DNA of 64,000 nucleotides from Kiritimatiellia bacterium (GCA_046484345.1 JAWOJA010000088.1:8271-72270); one strand, 5' to 3'; positions 24,722-35,238 are shown, counted from the stretch's first letter. Numbers and translations: made by a program. Notes: generated by a model not told the origin, from the letters alone.

Positions 24722-25732
24722 CTATTTCATCTTCTCTAGGACTCGCTCAATTTTCTCTACGCGGCGCGCAAGGTGCGGATCGTATTTTATGCGATCCATC
24801 GCCTGGCGAATCTGATATCCCACGCCCGTCCCGCTCTCGATCCCCAGCAAGGGCCCAATGGCACGGCGAGTCAACCCCGCATGCTTTTCGAGCAGCCACG
24901 CCGCCACTCCCTTTGACGGGCAGCCACGCCTTCGTAGCGACAAGTCGGGCAAACCGATCCGCCACCGTGCGGCAACGGCTTCCAACACGTGTTCCGGGGA
25001 CATCCAGGCTTCCGCCGGTCGGAATGACACATCCTCGCCCCTCTCGTGACTTTTCATTAGCGCCCGATGCTGTTCCTCGACCCATTCCCGATATTCTTCA
25101 GCACCGATACTCCGCGGCGAACGCATCATTTCATCCAGGAACTCGTCGTCCGGCCGAACCAGTCCCGCTTCCACATAACGTTCATACTCGCGGTCGGCAT
25201 CCGGACCTTCTCCCGCAATCAGCCTTTTCAATGGCCTGTAGCTGACCCACGCCTCGGGCGGATCAGCGCCAATGTAGGCCCGGTAACTGCTCCATCGATG
25301 CTCGCGTAAAGCCGCCGTCCGTTCCGCCAAAGGGCGGGTATTCCAACTCTTCACTTGAACTGGATTCAGGTGAACGTATCGGCTCAGCTTGAGCAGGTAG
25401 TCATTCCCCGCCACCAGTCGGGCCCCATAGCGGCCCTGCGTCACATGCCCGCAATGGCGGTTGCGCAGGTTATACCCGATCGTGTAGCTAGTCAGGATGG
25501 ACTGCATGAATCGGGTCAAATTCCCGCGTGGAGTATCCACGACCAAGTGGAAATGGTTATCCATCAGGCAGTAGAGGTAGATCCTTACGCCATAACTGGC
25601 GACGCTCTCCTCCAGGCGGCGACATAGCGCCCGACGATCCTTGTCCGTCCTAAATATCGTCTTCCTGCCGTTTCCCCGAACGGTCACATGATAGATCGCA
25701 CCTTCGTATTGAATGCGCAGTGGTCGAGCCAT
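24722..25732 (-). CDS. IS200/RAYT-like Y1 (HUH) transposase with a C-terminal DnaA_C-like HTH
   Basis: 336 aa with YHVTVRGNGRKTIF, the HUH motif MDNHFHLVV, catalytic-Tyr-region QGRYGARLV and YVHLNPV. The C-terminal AAWLLEKHAGLTRRAIGPLLGIESGTGVGYQIRQ resembles DnaA domain IV. Confidence 0.85.
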   Translation of the reverse strand: MARPLRIQYEGAIYHVTVRGNGRKTIFRTDKDRRALCRRLEESVASYGVRIYLYCLMDNHFHLVVDTPRGNLTRFMQSILTSYTIGYNLRNRHCGHVTQGRYGARLVAGNDYLLKLSRYVHLNPVQVKSWNTRPLAERTAALREHRWSSYRAYIGADPPEAWVSYRPLKRLIAGEGPDADREYERYVEAGLVRPDDEFLDEMMRSPRSIGAEEYREWVEEQHRALMKSHERGEDVSFRPAEAWMSPEHVLEAVAARWRIGLPDLSLRRRGCPSKGVAAWLLEKHAGLTRRAIGPLLGIESGTGVGYQIRQAMDRIKYDPHLARRVEKIERVLEKMK

Positions 25733-25787
25733 GATTCTTAAAAATTACCATCCGCCCACGCTCTTCGCAAGCTATTCTCTATTATTA

Positions 25788-25823
25788 GGACTGACCCCTT
25801 GAGCGAGGACTGACCCCTTGAGC
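25788..25823. repeat. Tandem direct repeat 2 x GGACTGACCCCTTGAGC (2-nt spacer)
   Basis: Exact 17-mers at 25788-25804 and 25807-25823, 56 nt upstream of the transposase start. They share the core CCCTTGAGC with the inverted copy at 24602-24610. Confidence 0.8.
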
Positions 25824-25959
25824 CCGGACAAGCCAAAAGCCCCTGGCCGCAGGGTGGGCCTGGCCCATTTCTGCTTGAGGGGCTCCCCGATATATGACAT
25901 TATAAATTTTTTATCGCATAAAAAAGATGATGGTAAAAGTTTAAGCAAGGATCACGAGA

Positions 25960-27966
25960 ATGAATGCAATCCTTGAGGAGTTACGGATGCGGGTAGCCAG
26001 ACGACCCGCCCTTCCGCACGGTTCAATTTGGATGCCAGTGGGGCTCGCGCTGGCCGTGCTCCTTTTCCTTGTCAGCCGGGTCAACTACCCGCTGTTTCAT
26101 TGCATCTCCGATATGGCCGCCGTCTTCATCGCCGGCAGCGTTTTCCTCGTTGTCTGGAACGGACGGCGGCACCTGGACAACCACTACTACTTGCTTGTCG
26201 CCATGGGATTCCTTGCCTTCGCCGGGCTGGACTTCATGCACCTGATCGGCAACAAGGGAATGGGCGTTTTCCCCCAGTACGGGAACCTTGGGCCTTCATT
26301 CTATATCGCCAACCGGTATGTATTGGGAGTTTCATTCCTGCTGGCACCGCTCTTCATCAAGCGGAAATTAAACGTTTTCCCGGTGCTCGCGGTTTACCTA
26401 TTGGCGGTGGCGGTGGTGTTGCTTTCCATCCTCGTCTGGGGCGTCTTCCCGAAGACATTCATCGAAGGCAAGGGGCTAACGACGTTCAAGGTTTACAGCG
26501 ACTACGCCGTCTGCCTCATGCTCCTGGGGGGGCTGGGGTTGCTGATCCGGAATCGGGGGGCTTTCGAAACCGGGGTGCTCAGGGTCATCGCGCTTTCTCT
26601 TGTCCTTTTCATCGCCACCGGGCTGGCGTTCACCCTGTATGCCGATCCCTTCGGAATCACGAACGCGATAGGCCACCTGTTCCAGATCGCGGCATTCTGC
26701 TTCATCTACCTTGGGTTCGTGGATACCGTCCTGACTAAACCCCAGACCATCCTTTACCGGAACCTGAAACAGAGCAAAGAACGGATACTCGGACTGAATG
26801 CCGAACTTAAAGACCTGAACCTCAACCTGAACCGCGACATCGCCGCGCGCAAGAAGGTTGAAGCGGCCTTGCGCGAGAGCGAGCACCGGCTGCGCCTGTT
26901 CATCGAACATGCCCCGGCATCGCTGGCCATGTTCGACCGGCAGATGCGCCACCTGAGCGCAAGCCGCCGCTGGATCCACGACTATGGGCTGAAAGATCGC
27001 GTCATCATAGGGCAGTCGATCTACGACGTGTTCTCGGAGCTCCCGGATCGCTGGCGCGAACTTCACCGTCGCGCGCTGGCTGGAGAAGTGCTGCGGATGG
27101 AAGAGGATTCCTTCCGGCGAGCCGACGGCAGCACGCAATGGTTGCGCTGGGAAATCCGGCCGTGGCGTGAGGCGGGCGGGGAAATCGCGGGCATCGTCAT
27201 CTTTACGGAAGACATTACCGGTCGCAAGAAGGCCGAGGAGTCCTTGCGTCAGGCGAATGAATGCCTCGCGCAGGCCGCGAACGACCTGTCCCGCTCGAAT
27301 GATGACCTTCAGCAGTTCGCGCGCATCGTCAGCCACGACCTCCGCGAACCGTTGCGAACGATCAGTGGTTTCCTGTCATTGCTCCATGAACGCTACCGCG
27401 ACCGGCTCGATGACAAGGCCATGGAATACATCGACTTTTCCATCGAGGGAGCGGGGCGTATGTCCAACCTGATCCGTGACCTGATCGAGTACGCCAGAGT
27501 CGAACGCAAGGGCAAGGCTGTTCGGAATGTGGACACCGGGCAGGCCATTGTTAGCGCAACAGCCAATCTTAGGGCGGCTATTCAGAACGCACAAGCCACG
27601 GTCACCCATGATACAATGCCCGATGTCCCTGGCGACCCGACCTTGCTGTCGCAGCTTCTCCAGAACCTTATCGCCAATTCGGTCAAATTCCGTGCGGCCG
27701 GCCGACCGTGCAAAATCCATGTCGGCGTTGATCGAAAAGACAACCATTGGGAATTCTCCGTCAAGGACAACGGCATCGGCATCGACCCCGCCTTTTCGGA
27801 TCGCATCTTCTCGGTATTCCAGCGGCTGCACACTCGCGAGCAGTACGAAGGCACCGGCATCGGCCTTGCCATCTGCAAGAAAATCGTCGAGCGGTACGGG
27901 GGGCGGATATGGGTGGAATCGGAGCCTGGCAAAGGGGCGACCTTTTACTTCACGATTCGCGACTGA
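25960..27966 (+). CDS. Membrane sensor histidine kinase (polytopic N-terminal sensor, PAS, HisKA, HATPase_c)
   Basis: 668 aa with about 7 TM helices (MASE3-like start YPLFHCISDMAAVFIAGSVF), a coiled coil, PAS (LRLFIEHAPASLAMFD...), H-box FARIVSHDLREPLRTI, N-box LLQNLIANSVKF and G-boxes DNGIGI / GTGIGLAICKKIV. No response regulator is adjacent. Confidence 0.9.
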   Translation: MNAILEELRMRVARRPALPHGSIWMPVGLALAVLLFLVSRVNYPLFHCISDMAAVFIAGSVFLVVWNGRRHLDNHYYLLVAMGFLAFAGLDFMHLIGNKGMGVFPQYGNLGPSFYIANRYVLGVSFLLAPLFIKRKLNVFPVLAVYLLAVAVVLLSILVWGVFPKTFIEGKGLTTFKVYSDYAVCLMLLGGLGLLIRNRGAFETGVLRVIALSLVLFIATGLAFTLYADPFGITNAIGHLFQIAAFCFIYLGFVDTVLTKPQTILYRNLKQSKERILGLNAELKDLNLNLNRDIAARKKVEAALRESEHRLRLFIEHAPASLAMFDRQMRHLSASRRWIHDYGLKDRVIIGQSIYDVFSELPDRWRELHRRALAGEVLRMEEDSFRRADGSTQWLRWEIRPWREAGGEIAGIVIFTEDITGRKKAEESLRQANECLAQAANDLSRSNDDLQQFARIVSHDLREPLRTISGFLSLLHERYRDRLDDKAMEYIDFSIEGAGRMSNLIRDLIEYARVERKGKAVRNVDTGQAIVSATANLRAAIQNAQATVTHDTMPDVPGDPTLLSQLLQNLIANSVKFRAAGRPCKIHVGVDRKDNHWEFSVKDNGIGIDPAFSDRIFSVFQRLHTREQYEGTGIGLAICKKIVERYGGRIWVESEPGKGATFYFTIRD

Positions 27967-28054
27967 GTGACCGGCACGGCAGGGTTATAGCCCATAGGAG
28001 AAAGGCGCTCTTTTGTAAAACTGTGAGCGGCCCTTTCACAGAAAGGCTGAGCGC

Positions 28055-30763
28055 ATGAAAAAGGAACAACATTCCACACCGTGGCACGCCTTGGATGTAA
28101 AGGCGGTCTTTGAGCGTCTGGACTCCGGCGATCGTGGTCTGGACGAGGCGCAGGCCAAACAGCGGCTGGAAAAAGCTGGACCGAATTCGCTGGAAGCCGG
28201 GGAAGGCGCCGGTCCGTTGCGCCTGCTGGCACGGCAGGTGCACAACCCGTTGATCTATCTGCTGATCGGTGCGGCGGTGCTCTCCTTTGTGATTGGCCAT
28301 CGTGTGGATGCGGGGGTAATCATCGGCGTCGTCATCCTGAACACGCTGCTGGGATTTTTCCAGGAGTGGCGGGCCGAGGGCGCGCTGAATGCCCTGCGCG
28401 AAATGTCCGCGCATCACACCCGCGTTTTGAGAAACGGCAAGCCGCTGCAAATCGACGCATCCCGGGTGGTGCCCGGCGATGTGCTGGTCCTTGAAACAGG
28501 GGATCGGGTGGCCGCCGATGCCCGCCTGCTCTCGGGGGACAATTTGCACGTGGATGAATCCGCCTTGACCGGAGAATCCCAAGCCGTCACCAAGCAGCCG
28601 CAAAACGCGGCGGAAGAGACGCCGCTGGCGGATCGGCATAACATGGTGTGGATGTCCACCAATATCACCGGAGGCCGCGGCCGCGCGTTCGTTGTCGAGA
28701 CCGGAATGCGCACCGCCATGGGAAAGATTGCCGGAGAAGTCCGCGCAACCGTCCGGGAAAATACGCCGCTGCAAAAGCGCATGCATAAACTCGGCCTGGT
28801 TTTGGGCGCCGGCGGTATTATGCTGGCGGCGGTAGTGTTCGGACTGGGCCTGCTGCGGGGTCATGAATGGATGGGGATGCTGATGTATTCCGTGGCGGTG
28901 GCCGTCTCGGCGATTCCCGAAGGGTTGCCCGCCGTCATCAGCGTGACCTTGGCTCTCGGTGTGCGGCGCATGTCCCGGCGAAATGCAATCGTCCGGCGTA
29001 TGTCGGCTGTGGAGACGCTCGGCTCCACGACCGTCATTTGCTCCGACAAAACCGGTACGATCACCGAAAATCAGATGACGGCGCGCAAGCTCTGGGCGGG
29101 CGGGCGCTCGTTTGAGATCAGCGGCGATGGCTATCGGCCCGAAGGAGAATTGCGGCAGGAAGGCGGCGAAGCGGTTGGAGAACGTCCCCTGGCTCTTGAA
29201 CGGCTTCTGCGGATCGGCGTGTTGTCGAACCATGCCGAGCTGAAGGAAGAAGACGGTCAGTGGAGGGTCGATGGCAATCCCAGCGAAGGCGCGCTGCTGG
29301 CCGTGGCCATCAAAGCCGGCATGGACATCGAAGCGCTTCGACATGAGAATGCGCGTTTCGCCGAGATCCCGTTTTCCAGCGATGCCAAATACAATGCTAC
29401 GCTTCATCCGGATCCGAACGGCGACGGGCGTCTCGCCTTCGTGAAGGGCGCGCCGGAGCGGATTATTGGATTCTGCTCCCATGTGCTGATGGACGGCAAG
29501 CCGGAGCCCTTGAACGACGGGCTTCGCCGGGAAATCAACGAAATCGGCGAACGCTACGCGACCCAGGCGCTGCGGGTCATGGCCGGGGCATACCGGGAAC
29601 TGCCGCCGGATCAGGCCCGGCTGGAAAAAACCGATGTGGAAAGCGGCCTCACGCTGGCCGGACTCTGGGGAATGCTTGATCCGCCGCGCAAGGAAAGCGC
29701 TCAGGCGGTAAGCGATGCCAAGAGCGCGGGAATCCATCCGATCATGATCACAGGCGACCACGCCCTCACCGCGCTGGCCATTGCCCGGCAAGTGGGGATC
29801 ACCAAAGACGGGCCGGCCCTGACGGGAGCGGATATCGAAAAAATGGAGAAACCCGACCTGGCCAGGGCGGCATTGGCCGGCGGCGTTTTCGCGCGCGTCT
29901 CCCCCGCGCACAAACTCAAGCTCATGGAGGCGCTCAAGGAACAGGGGCACATCGTCGCCATGACCGGCGATGGCGTGAACGATGCCCCCGCGCTAAAAGG
30001 CGCGGACATCGGCATCGCCATGGGCCGGGCCGGCACCGAGGTTGCCAAGGAGGCCGCCGATATGGTGCTGACCGACGACAACTTCGCCACCATCGTTCAC
30101 GCCGTGGAAGAGGGCCGGGTCATTTACAACAACCTGCGCCGCGTGGTTTACTTCCTTCTGACAACCAACCTGGGGGAAATCCTCACGCTGGTCGGGGCGC
30201 TGATTATCGGCATGGATTTGCCCCTGACGGCCGTCATGGTCCTCTGGATCAATCTGGTGACGGATGGCGCCTGCACGGTGCCGCTCGGCGTCGAGCCCCT
30301 GCACTCGGATGTCCTCCGGCATCCGCCGCGGGATCCCAAAGCGTTTATCGTGGACCGCAAGGCGGCGCTGCGCATGGCGCTGCTGATGCCGCTCATGGCC
30401 ATCGGCACGCTGGGCCTGTTCGGGTATGCGCGACAGCACGGCGAACTGAATTATGCCCGAACCGTTGCCTTTACCGCGATGGCGGCTTTCCAGTGGTTCC
30501 AGGCCTTCAACGCGCGTTCCACCTTCCAGTCCGTTTTCTCCATCGGCGTGTTCAGCAACCGCCCGCTGCTGCTGGGCGTGGGGGCGGCCATTCTGCTGCA
30601 GCTTGCCGTCTTATACACACCGTTCGGACAGAGGCTTTTCAACACCACCACGCTGTCGGGCATGGACTGGCTTCTGATTCTGGCGGTATCGAGTTCCATT
30701 TGGGTGGCGGATGAAATTTTGAAACAGCTGGGCGTGTACGGAAAACCACTGAAGAGCCCGTGA
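28055..30763 (+). CDS. P-type (P2A, SERCA-like) cation-transporting ATPase, probably Ca2+
   Basis: 902 aa with TGES, the [10 protein letters not shown]4 motif, [11 protein letters not shown] phosphorylation site, [10 protein letters not shown] and [12 protein letters not shown]. Confidence 0.95.
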   Translation: MKKEQHSTPWHALDVKAVFERLDSGDRGLDEAQAKQRLEKAGPNSLEAGEGAGPLRLLARQVHNPLIYLLIGAAVLSFVIGHRVDAGVIIGVVILNTLLGFFQEWRAEGALNALREMSAHHTRVLRNGKPLQIDASRVVPGDVLVLETGDRVAADARLLSGDNLHVDESALTGESQAVTKQPQNAAEETPLADRHNMVWMSTNITGGRGRAFVVETGMRTAMGKIAGEVRATVRENTPLQKRMHKLGLVLGAGGIMLAAVVFGLGLLRGHEWMGMLMYSVAVAVSAIPEGLPAVISVTLALGVRRMSRRNAIVRRMSAVETLGSTTVICSDKTGTITENQMTARKLWAGGRSFEISGDGYRPEGELRQEGGEAVGERPLALERLLRIGVLSNHAELKEEDGQWRVDGNPSEGALLAVAIKAGMDIEALRHENARFAEIPFSSDAKYNATLHPDPNGDGRLAFVKGAPERIIGFCSHVLMDGKPEPLNDGLRREINEIGERYATQALRVMAGAYRELPPDQARLEKTDVESGLTLAGLWGMLDPPRKESAQAVSDAKSAGIHPIMITGDHALTALAIARQVGITKDGPALTGADIEKMEKPDLARAALAGGVFARVSPAHKLKLMEALKEQGHIVAMTGDGVNDAPALKGADIGIAMGRAGTEVAKEAADMVLTDDNFATIVHAVEEGRVIYNNLRRVVYFLLTTNLGEILTLVGALIIGMDLPLTAVMVLWINLVTDGACTVPLGVEPLHSDVLRHPPRDPKAFIVDRKAALRMALLMPLMAIGTLGLFGYARQHGELNYARTVAFTAMAAFQWFQAFNARSTFQSVFSIGVFSNRPLLLGVGAAILLQLAVLYTPFGQRLFNTTTLSGMDWLLILAVSSSIWVADEILKQLGVYGKPLKSP

Positions 30764-30909
30764 TGCCGTTTTTGCGCGAGCCCAAGTAAGAATTAGATAA
30801 TCCTGCATCCTTGCAGGCGCGCGGGAAATCCGAAATGGTGACTTGCCCGGGCGGGTCGTTTTGAGGTATCATTCAAGCTCTTGCACGTGGACGGACGCAC
30901 CCCTCATTC

Positions 30910-31686
30910 ATGAATTCAAGCCCCCCCATCTTTCAATCCGTTACCCGCAGCCTGAGCCCGCTCCTGGCCCTCCTGGGCCTCGCCGGCGCCGTCTCCGCCG
31001 CGTTGGTTGCGCCGGTGCCCAAGGAGGACTTCGAGACCGACTTCACCCTGGACGCCGTGCTCGCGCGCGGCAATACGGAAAATGGCGAAATCGGATCCAA
31101 GATTGAAACCGAGGGCGCCACGCCCTATTTCGATTCCATCCGCGCCGGCGCCTCCTTCGCCTACGGGGAGTCCCGCGCGGATTCCGTTCGCTCCATCACG
31201 GCCAACCGCTGGGAGATTTTCGGCAACGCCCGGCGGCCGTGGGACCCCAACCGGACCTACACGTTCGCCGACGGCAAATTCCAGCGCGACTCCGTCGCCG
31301 ACTTGCACTTCCGATCCACCCAAGGCGGCGGCATGGGCTGGTACCTGGACAAGGCCGAAAGCCTGGAATGGACCGTCGACACGGGCCTCTCCTGGATTTT
31401 CGAGGAGACCAGCGACGGCTCCGACAACTACCCGGCCTTCCGCCTAAGCGAGCGCTACGAGCGCCAGTGGGTAGAGGGTCCCAAGGTAAGCCACAAACTG
31501 GAAGTGCTGCCCCATGCCTTCCAGCTCGACAATTTTCTGCTCAATGCCGACGTGGGGCTCGAAACGGTCATCTCCGCGGTTTCGAGGCTCCGCGCCCTTC
31601 TTGAATATCGCTACCAAAGCCGGCCTCCGGATGACACCAAGTCCTACGACCTCCGGCTGGTGCTGGGGGTCACCTGGAAAATGTGA
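30910..31686 (+). CDS. DUF481 (YdiY-like) outer-membrane beta-barrel protein
   Basis: 258 aa with a signal peptide (LLALLGLAGAVSA). GNTENGEIG...YGESRAD...RWEIFGNARRPW...ADGKFQRD and the C-terminal ...LVLGVTWKM are typical of DUF481. Confidence 0.75.
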   Translation: MNSSPPIFQSVTRSLSPLLALLGLAGAVSAALVAPVPKEDFETDFTLDAVLARGNTENGEIGSKIETEGATPYFDSIRAGASFAYGESRADSVRSITANRWEIFGNARRPWDPNRTYTFADGKFQRDSVADLHFRSTQGGGMGWYLDKAESLEWTVDTGLSWIFEETSDGSDNYPAFRLSERYERQWVEGPKVSHKLEVLPHAFQLDNFLLNADVGLETVISAVSRLRALLEYRYQSRPPDDTKSYDLRLVLGVTWKM

Positions 31687-32996
31687 AAACAAGCCCCTTC
31701 ATGCGCAGTCTGACCTTCGGCCTGATCGCCGGAAGCGTCTGCCAGTTTCTGATCCTGTGGCTGCTGGCCTATTCGGGAGGAACCCTGGCCGACAAGGCCG
31801 TGCATTATTACAGCGCCGCCCGCCTGTTCGCCTCCCCGACCGCGGCAAAGGCGCTCGCGGAGGCCGAGCCGGCCTGGATGTCCCGGCTGAATCCGGACGA
31901 TCGGCTCCGCATCCGCAACCGGCTCCATGGCTACGTCAACTACCCGCTGTCCGACAGCCTCATCCGCCTCTTTTGTTCCGCCCGGACCGGGGACCAGCCG
32001 CTCGCCTCCTGGAGCTTTCCGGTCAATATCTCCTTCTTCCTGCTCTTTCTGCTGGCTCTGGGCTGGCTGATCGCCGTCACCGCCCGCAACCCGGTCGACA
32101 CCCTGGTTCTGTTCGCCGTCCTGATGGCGGCGGCTTTCCAATTCGCCCTACCCGCCCTGGCCCCGGCCGCCGATCCCTCGGCCGCTTTTCTTTCCCTGGC
32201 GCCGGAGGGGGCGGCCACGTTGCTCCTTTTCGTCTCCTTCGCCTGTTTCGCGCGAAGCCACCACCTGCTGATGGGCGCCAGCCTCCTGCTGGCCTTCGCC
32301 TGGCATGCCGGGTTTGCGGCCGTGGCTGTCCCCTGCGCCCTGCTGTCGTTCGGCCTGGCCCGGATCGACCGGGCCGGCAATCGTGACGTTCGCATGTTAA
32401 CCGCCATCCTGGTGGCACTGGCCGCCGTGGTCCTCGGCTGGCTGCTGCCCGGCCCATTCCAATATTTCCAAACCTGGATTCCAGCCGGCCTTTTAATCGC
32501 GTTTCTCTTGGCCGGCCCCCAGGCCGATAGTCCCGCCCTGCGGACAGCCGCCAGTCTCTGCGGCCTTCTTCTTTGGCTTCTTCTTGTGCGGGCGTTCCTC
32601 GGGTTGGACGGCCCGCGCCACTGGCTCATCCGCGTCACGGGCAACCCCTTTGTCACCGACATACCGGTCCGCCTCTCCGGCCTACGGCACCTGGCCGCCC
32701 TGGCGCTTCCGGTGACGATAACGCTCGGCATGCTCGATCGGCTTCTGCCCCTTTCCTTGGCGGTCAAATGGCGACACGTCGTCCTGACGCTTCTGTTCGC
32801 CTCGGGGCTGATCGCCGCGTTTGCCTTGAAGATTAACGAATGGCCCGGGGCCGGCCGCCATGCCGCCCTTCTGCTGCACGCCGAAGAAGGGCGCTGGACC
32901 CGTACCCCTACCGCCCCCGAGGCGCTTCCCGCCCTCGATCCGCGGCACGAAACCGCTTTCTTCTCCGCCCTCGGCGACTTTCTTCTTTCCCGATAA
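31683..32996 (+). CDS. Polytopic inner-membrane protein of unknown function (about 10-12 TM)
   Basis: 437 aa. The GTG start overlaps the DUF481 stop (alternative ATG at 31701). The protein is highly hydrophobic with Ala/Leu-rich helices and a periplasmic-loop-like segment early on. I see no recognisable catalytic motif. GT-C, polymerase or ligase-like is only a guess. Confidence 0.65.
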   Translation: MKTSPFMRSLTFGLIAGSVCQFLILWLLAYSGGTLADKAVHYYSAARLFASPTAAKALAEAEPAWMSRLNPDDRLRIRNRLHGYVNYPLSDSLIRLFCSARTGDQPLASWSFPVNISFFLLFLLALGWLIAVTARNPVDTLVLFAVLMAAAFQFALPALAPAADPSAAFLSLAPEGAATLLLFVSFACFARSHHLLMGASLLLAFAWHAGFAAVAVPCALLSFGLARIDRAGNRDVRMLTAILVALAAVVLGWLLPGPFQYFQTWIPAGLLIAFLLAGPQADSPALRTAASLCGLLLWLLLVRAFLGLDGPRHWLIRVTGNPFVTDIPVRLSGLRHLAALALPVTITLGMLDRLLPLSLAVKWRHVVLTLLFASGLIAAFALKINEWPGAGRHAALLLHAEEGRWTRTPTAPEALPALDPRHETAFFSALGDFLLSR

Positions 32997-33051
32997 TCGA
33001 GGTTTTCCGGTTTTTGTCCGTTACAAACCTTATTGACGTTATATTGCGGGG

Positions 33052-34593
33052 ATGAGAATATCCCTGACGAAATTGTATCACTCTACCGGAAATGGGAATA
33101 ACGCGATGATTGTGGCAGCTCTTACTCTGTTGGCGATCGTTTACGGCGCCGCCAATGTGGGCCTGATGATCTACGGTCTGAACTGCTACGTCATGGTCTA
33201 TCTCTCCCGGCAAGGCTGGCTCCGCGCCGAAAAAGCCCGCAAAGCGGATCCGACGCCGGATCAGGCCGGCGCCGAACTGCCGGTCGTCACCACCCAAATC
33301 GCCGTCTACAACGAAGTCAATGTGGTGGAACGCGTCCTGCGGGCCGCCTGCGCCATGCGCTACCCCGCCGGCCGGCACGAGATTCAAGTGCTGGACGATT
33401 CCAACGACGAAACGGTCGCGGTCATCGACCGGGTCGCCGCGGAACTGCGCGCCAAGGGCCACGACATTCACGTTCTGCGCCGGACCCACCGGATGGGCTA
33501 CAAGGCGGGCGCGCTCGACGCCGGCGTCCAGCAGTCCCGCGGCGAACTGGTGGCCGTGTTCGACGCCGATTTCGTCCCGCCCCCCGATTTCCTGATGCAG
33601 ATTGCCCCCTTCTTCACAAAAAACGCAAAGCTGGGTTTTGCCCAGGCGCGCTGGGGACACCTGAACCGGAAGCGTTCACTGCTGACCCTGGCGCAGGCCA
33701 TCGGCATCGACGGCCATTTCCTCGTGGAACAGCCCGCGCGAAGCGGCTCCGGGCTCTACCTGAATTTCAACGGAACCGCCGGCATCTGGCGCAAGGCGGC
33801 CATTGTCTCGGGCGGGGGCTGGTCGTGGGACACGCTGACGGAGGACCTGGACCTCTCCTACCGCGTTCAATTCGAAGGCTGGGAGGCGCTTTACCTGCCC
33901 GACGTGGTCGTTCGGGCGGAACTTCCCGAAGATATCAACGCCTTCCGCAGCCAGCAGTTCCGCTGGGCCAAGGGCTCGATCCAGACCGTGATTAAACTAT
34001 TCCCCCGGCTGCTTGCCGCCAAGGTCTCACGCTTCAAGAAGATCCAGGCCTTCCTGCACATGACGGGCTATATGGTCCATCCGCTCATGCTGATTCTCGC
34101 GGTGTGCGCCCTGCCCGTTCTGACGCTGACCAGCCTCTTCAAAATGAGCGCCGTCCCCTTCGCCATCCTCTCCTTCCCCCTCGTCCTCTCCGTCCTGGCG
34201 CCCACCACGATGTACACGGTGGGTCAGTTCAAGGCCGCCGCCAGCTGGAAACGCCGCATCCTGCTGATGCCGCTGCTCATGATCGTCGGCGTCGGGCTCG
34301 CGCTCTCCAATTCGCGGGCCATCCTGGAGGCGGCCATCGGCAAGAAAAGCGAATTCGTGCGCACCCCCAAGCGGGGCGGCGGCAAGGAGCTGAAACACTA
34401 CCGCATGCGCATGCCCTGGGCCGGCGTGCTGGAACTCCTGCTCGGCCTCTACTGCGCCCACACGCTCGCCGTTTACATCGCGGCTGCCAAGTTCACCGTC
34501 AGCCCCTTCCTCGCCATCTATACCGCCGGCTTCCTGTTCATCGGCCTGATGACCATCGCCGAGGCGGTGGACCAGTCCCGCCAGCGGGACTGA
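33052..34593 (+). CDS. Processive family-2 glycosyltransferase, plant CslA/CslC-like beta-glycan synthase
   Basis: 513 aa (alternative start M19 at 33106). It has N-terminal TM helices, then D (VLDDSND), DxD (VFDADF), FNGTAGIWR, TED (TEDLDLSYR) and QxxRW (QQFRWAKGS), followed by 4-5 C-terminal TM helices. Confidence 0.9.
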   Translation: MRISLTKLYHSTGNGNNAMIVAALTLLAIVYGAANVGLMIYGLNCYVMVYLSRQGWLRAEKARKADPTPDQAGAELPVVTTQIAVYNEVNVVERVLRAACAMRYPAGRHEIQVLDDSNDETVAVIDRVAAELRAKGHDIHVLRRTHRMGYKAGALDAGVQQSRGELVAVFDADFVPPPDFLMQIAPFFTKNAKLGFAQARWGHLNRKRSLLTLAQAIGIDGHFLVEQPARSGSGLYLNFNGTAGIWRKAAIVSGGGWSWDTLTEDLDLSYRVQFEGWEALYLPDVVVRAELPEDINAFRSQQFRWAKGSIQTVIKLFPRLLAAKVSRFKKIQAFLHMTGYMVHPLMLILAVCALPVLTLTSLFKMSAVPFAILSFPLVLSVLAPTTMYTVGQFKAAASWKRRILLMPLLMIVGVGLALSNSRAILEAAIGKKSEFVRTPKRGGGKELKHYRMRMPWAGVLELLLGLYCAHTLAVYIAAAKFTVSPFLAIYTAGFLFIGLMTIAEAVDQSRQRD

Positions 34594-34656
34594 CGCCCGC
34601 CCCGTTTAACTCGTCCCTTTTTTGCGCGTGGCCGCCCGCATCGATTACGGATTATT

Positions 34657-35238
34657 TTGTGTTTGAACATCCTTGCTTGCGGCTGTAAGATGCATTTCAT
34701 GCGCGCACATCACTACAGCAAAAGGCTGGCAATCGGGCTGGGGGTTCTCCTCCTGCTGTCCCCTTTTCAGCTAATAGCCGCGCCCGTCGATGTTCGCCCC
34801 CCCGAGCCGCAGCCCCAGCCGCCGCCGCGCACCCTCCTCCACCGAACGCTCTGGTACCTGCCCAATCGGCTCCTGGACCTGGCCGATATCGCGCGCCTGC
34901 GCGTCCGGATCGGGCCGGGCCTGGCGGTCCGCGCCCACGCCACCCACTGGGTCACCTTTTTCTCGGGCGAATACCACGCCGCCTACGCGGGGCTGCCCGG
35001 CCCGCGCCAGGCCCCCGGCTGGCCGATCCCCGCGGGACTGGAACAGGAAAAAGGGCTGTGCCTCTTCGGCGTAGACGCCACGGACACCCTGCCACACGAG
35101 CCGGTCTATTCAAAATCCGAATTCGTCCTGGGCGCGCACGTTCTCGCCGCCGGCGCCGAGGCGGGCGTCGATCCCGTGGAGATCGTGGATTTCTTGCTGG
35201 GCTTCGTCCTGATCGATATCCGGAAGGACGACCATTAA
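34657..35238 (+). CDS. Secreted hypothetical protein
   Basis: The probable start is ATG 34699 (MRAHHYSKRLAIGLGVLLLLSPFQLIAAP signal peptide), followed by a Pro-rich linker PPEPQPQPPP. Two related motifs are present, DLADIARLRVRIGPG and DPVEIVDFLLGFVLIDIRKDD. I do not recognise a family. Confidence 0.6.
   Translation: MCLNILACGCKMHFMRAHHYSKRLAIGLGVLLLLSPFQLIAAPVDVRPPEPQPQPPPRTLLHRTLWYLPNRLLDLADIARLRVRIGPGLAVRAHATHWVTFFSGEYHAAYAGLPGPRQAPGWPIPAGLEQEKGLCLFGVDATDTLPHEPVYSKSEFVLGAHVLAAGAEAGVDPVEIVDFLLGFVLIDIRKDDH

Larger units (their letters stand above)
24598..25828 (-). mobile_element. REPtron-like unit: the Y1 transposase gene bracketed by inverted 15-nt repeats
   Basis: The left copy TCGGGGCTCAAGGGA (24598-24612) matches the reverse complement of the right copy CCCCTTGAGCCCGGA (25814-25828) at 13/15 positions. 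The right-hand motif is part of a tandem duplication. Confidence 0.35.

Noticed and set aside
27950-29950. 666-aa - strand ORF
   Set aside because: It is antisense to the P-type ATPase gene, whose motifs ([17 protein letters not shown]) prove the + strand is the coding one.
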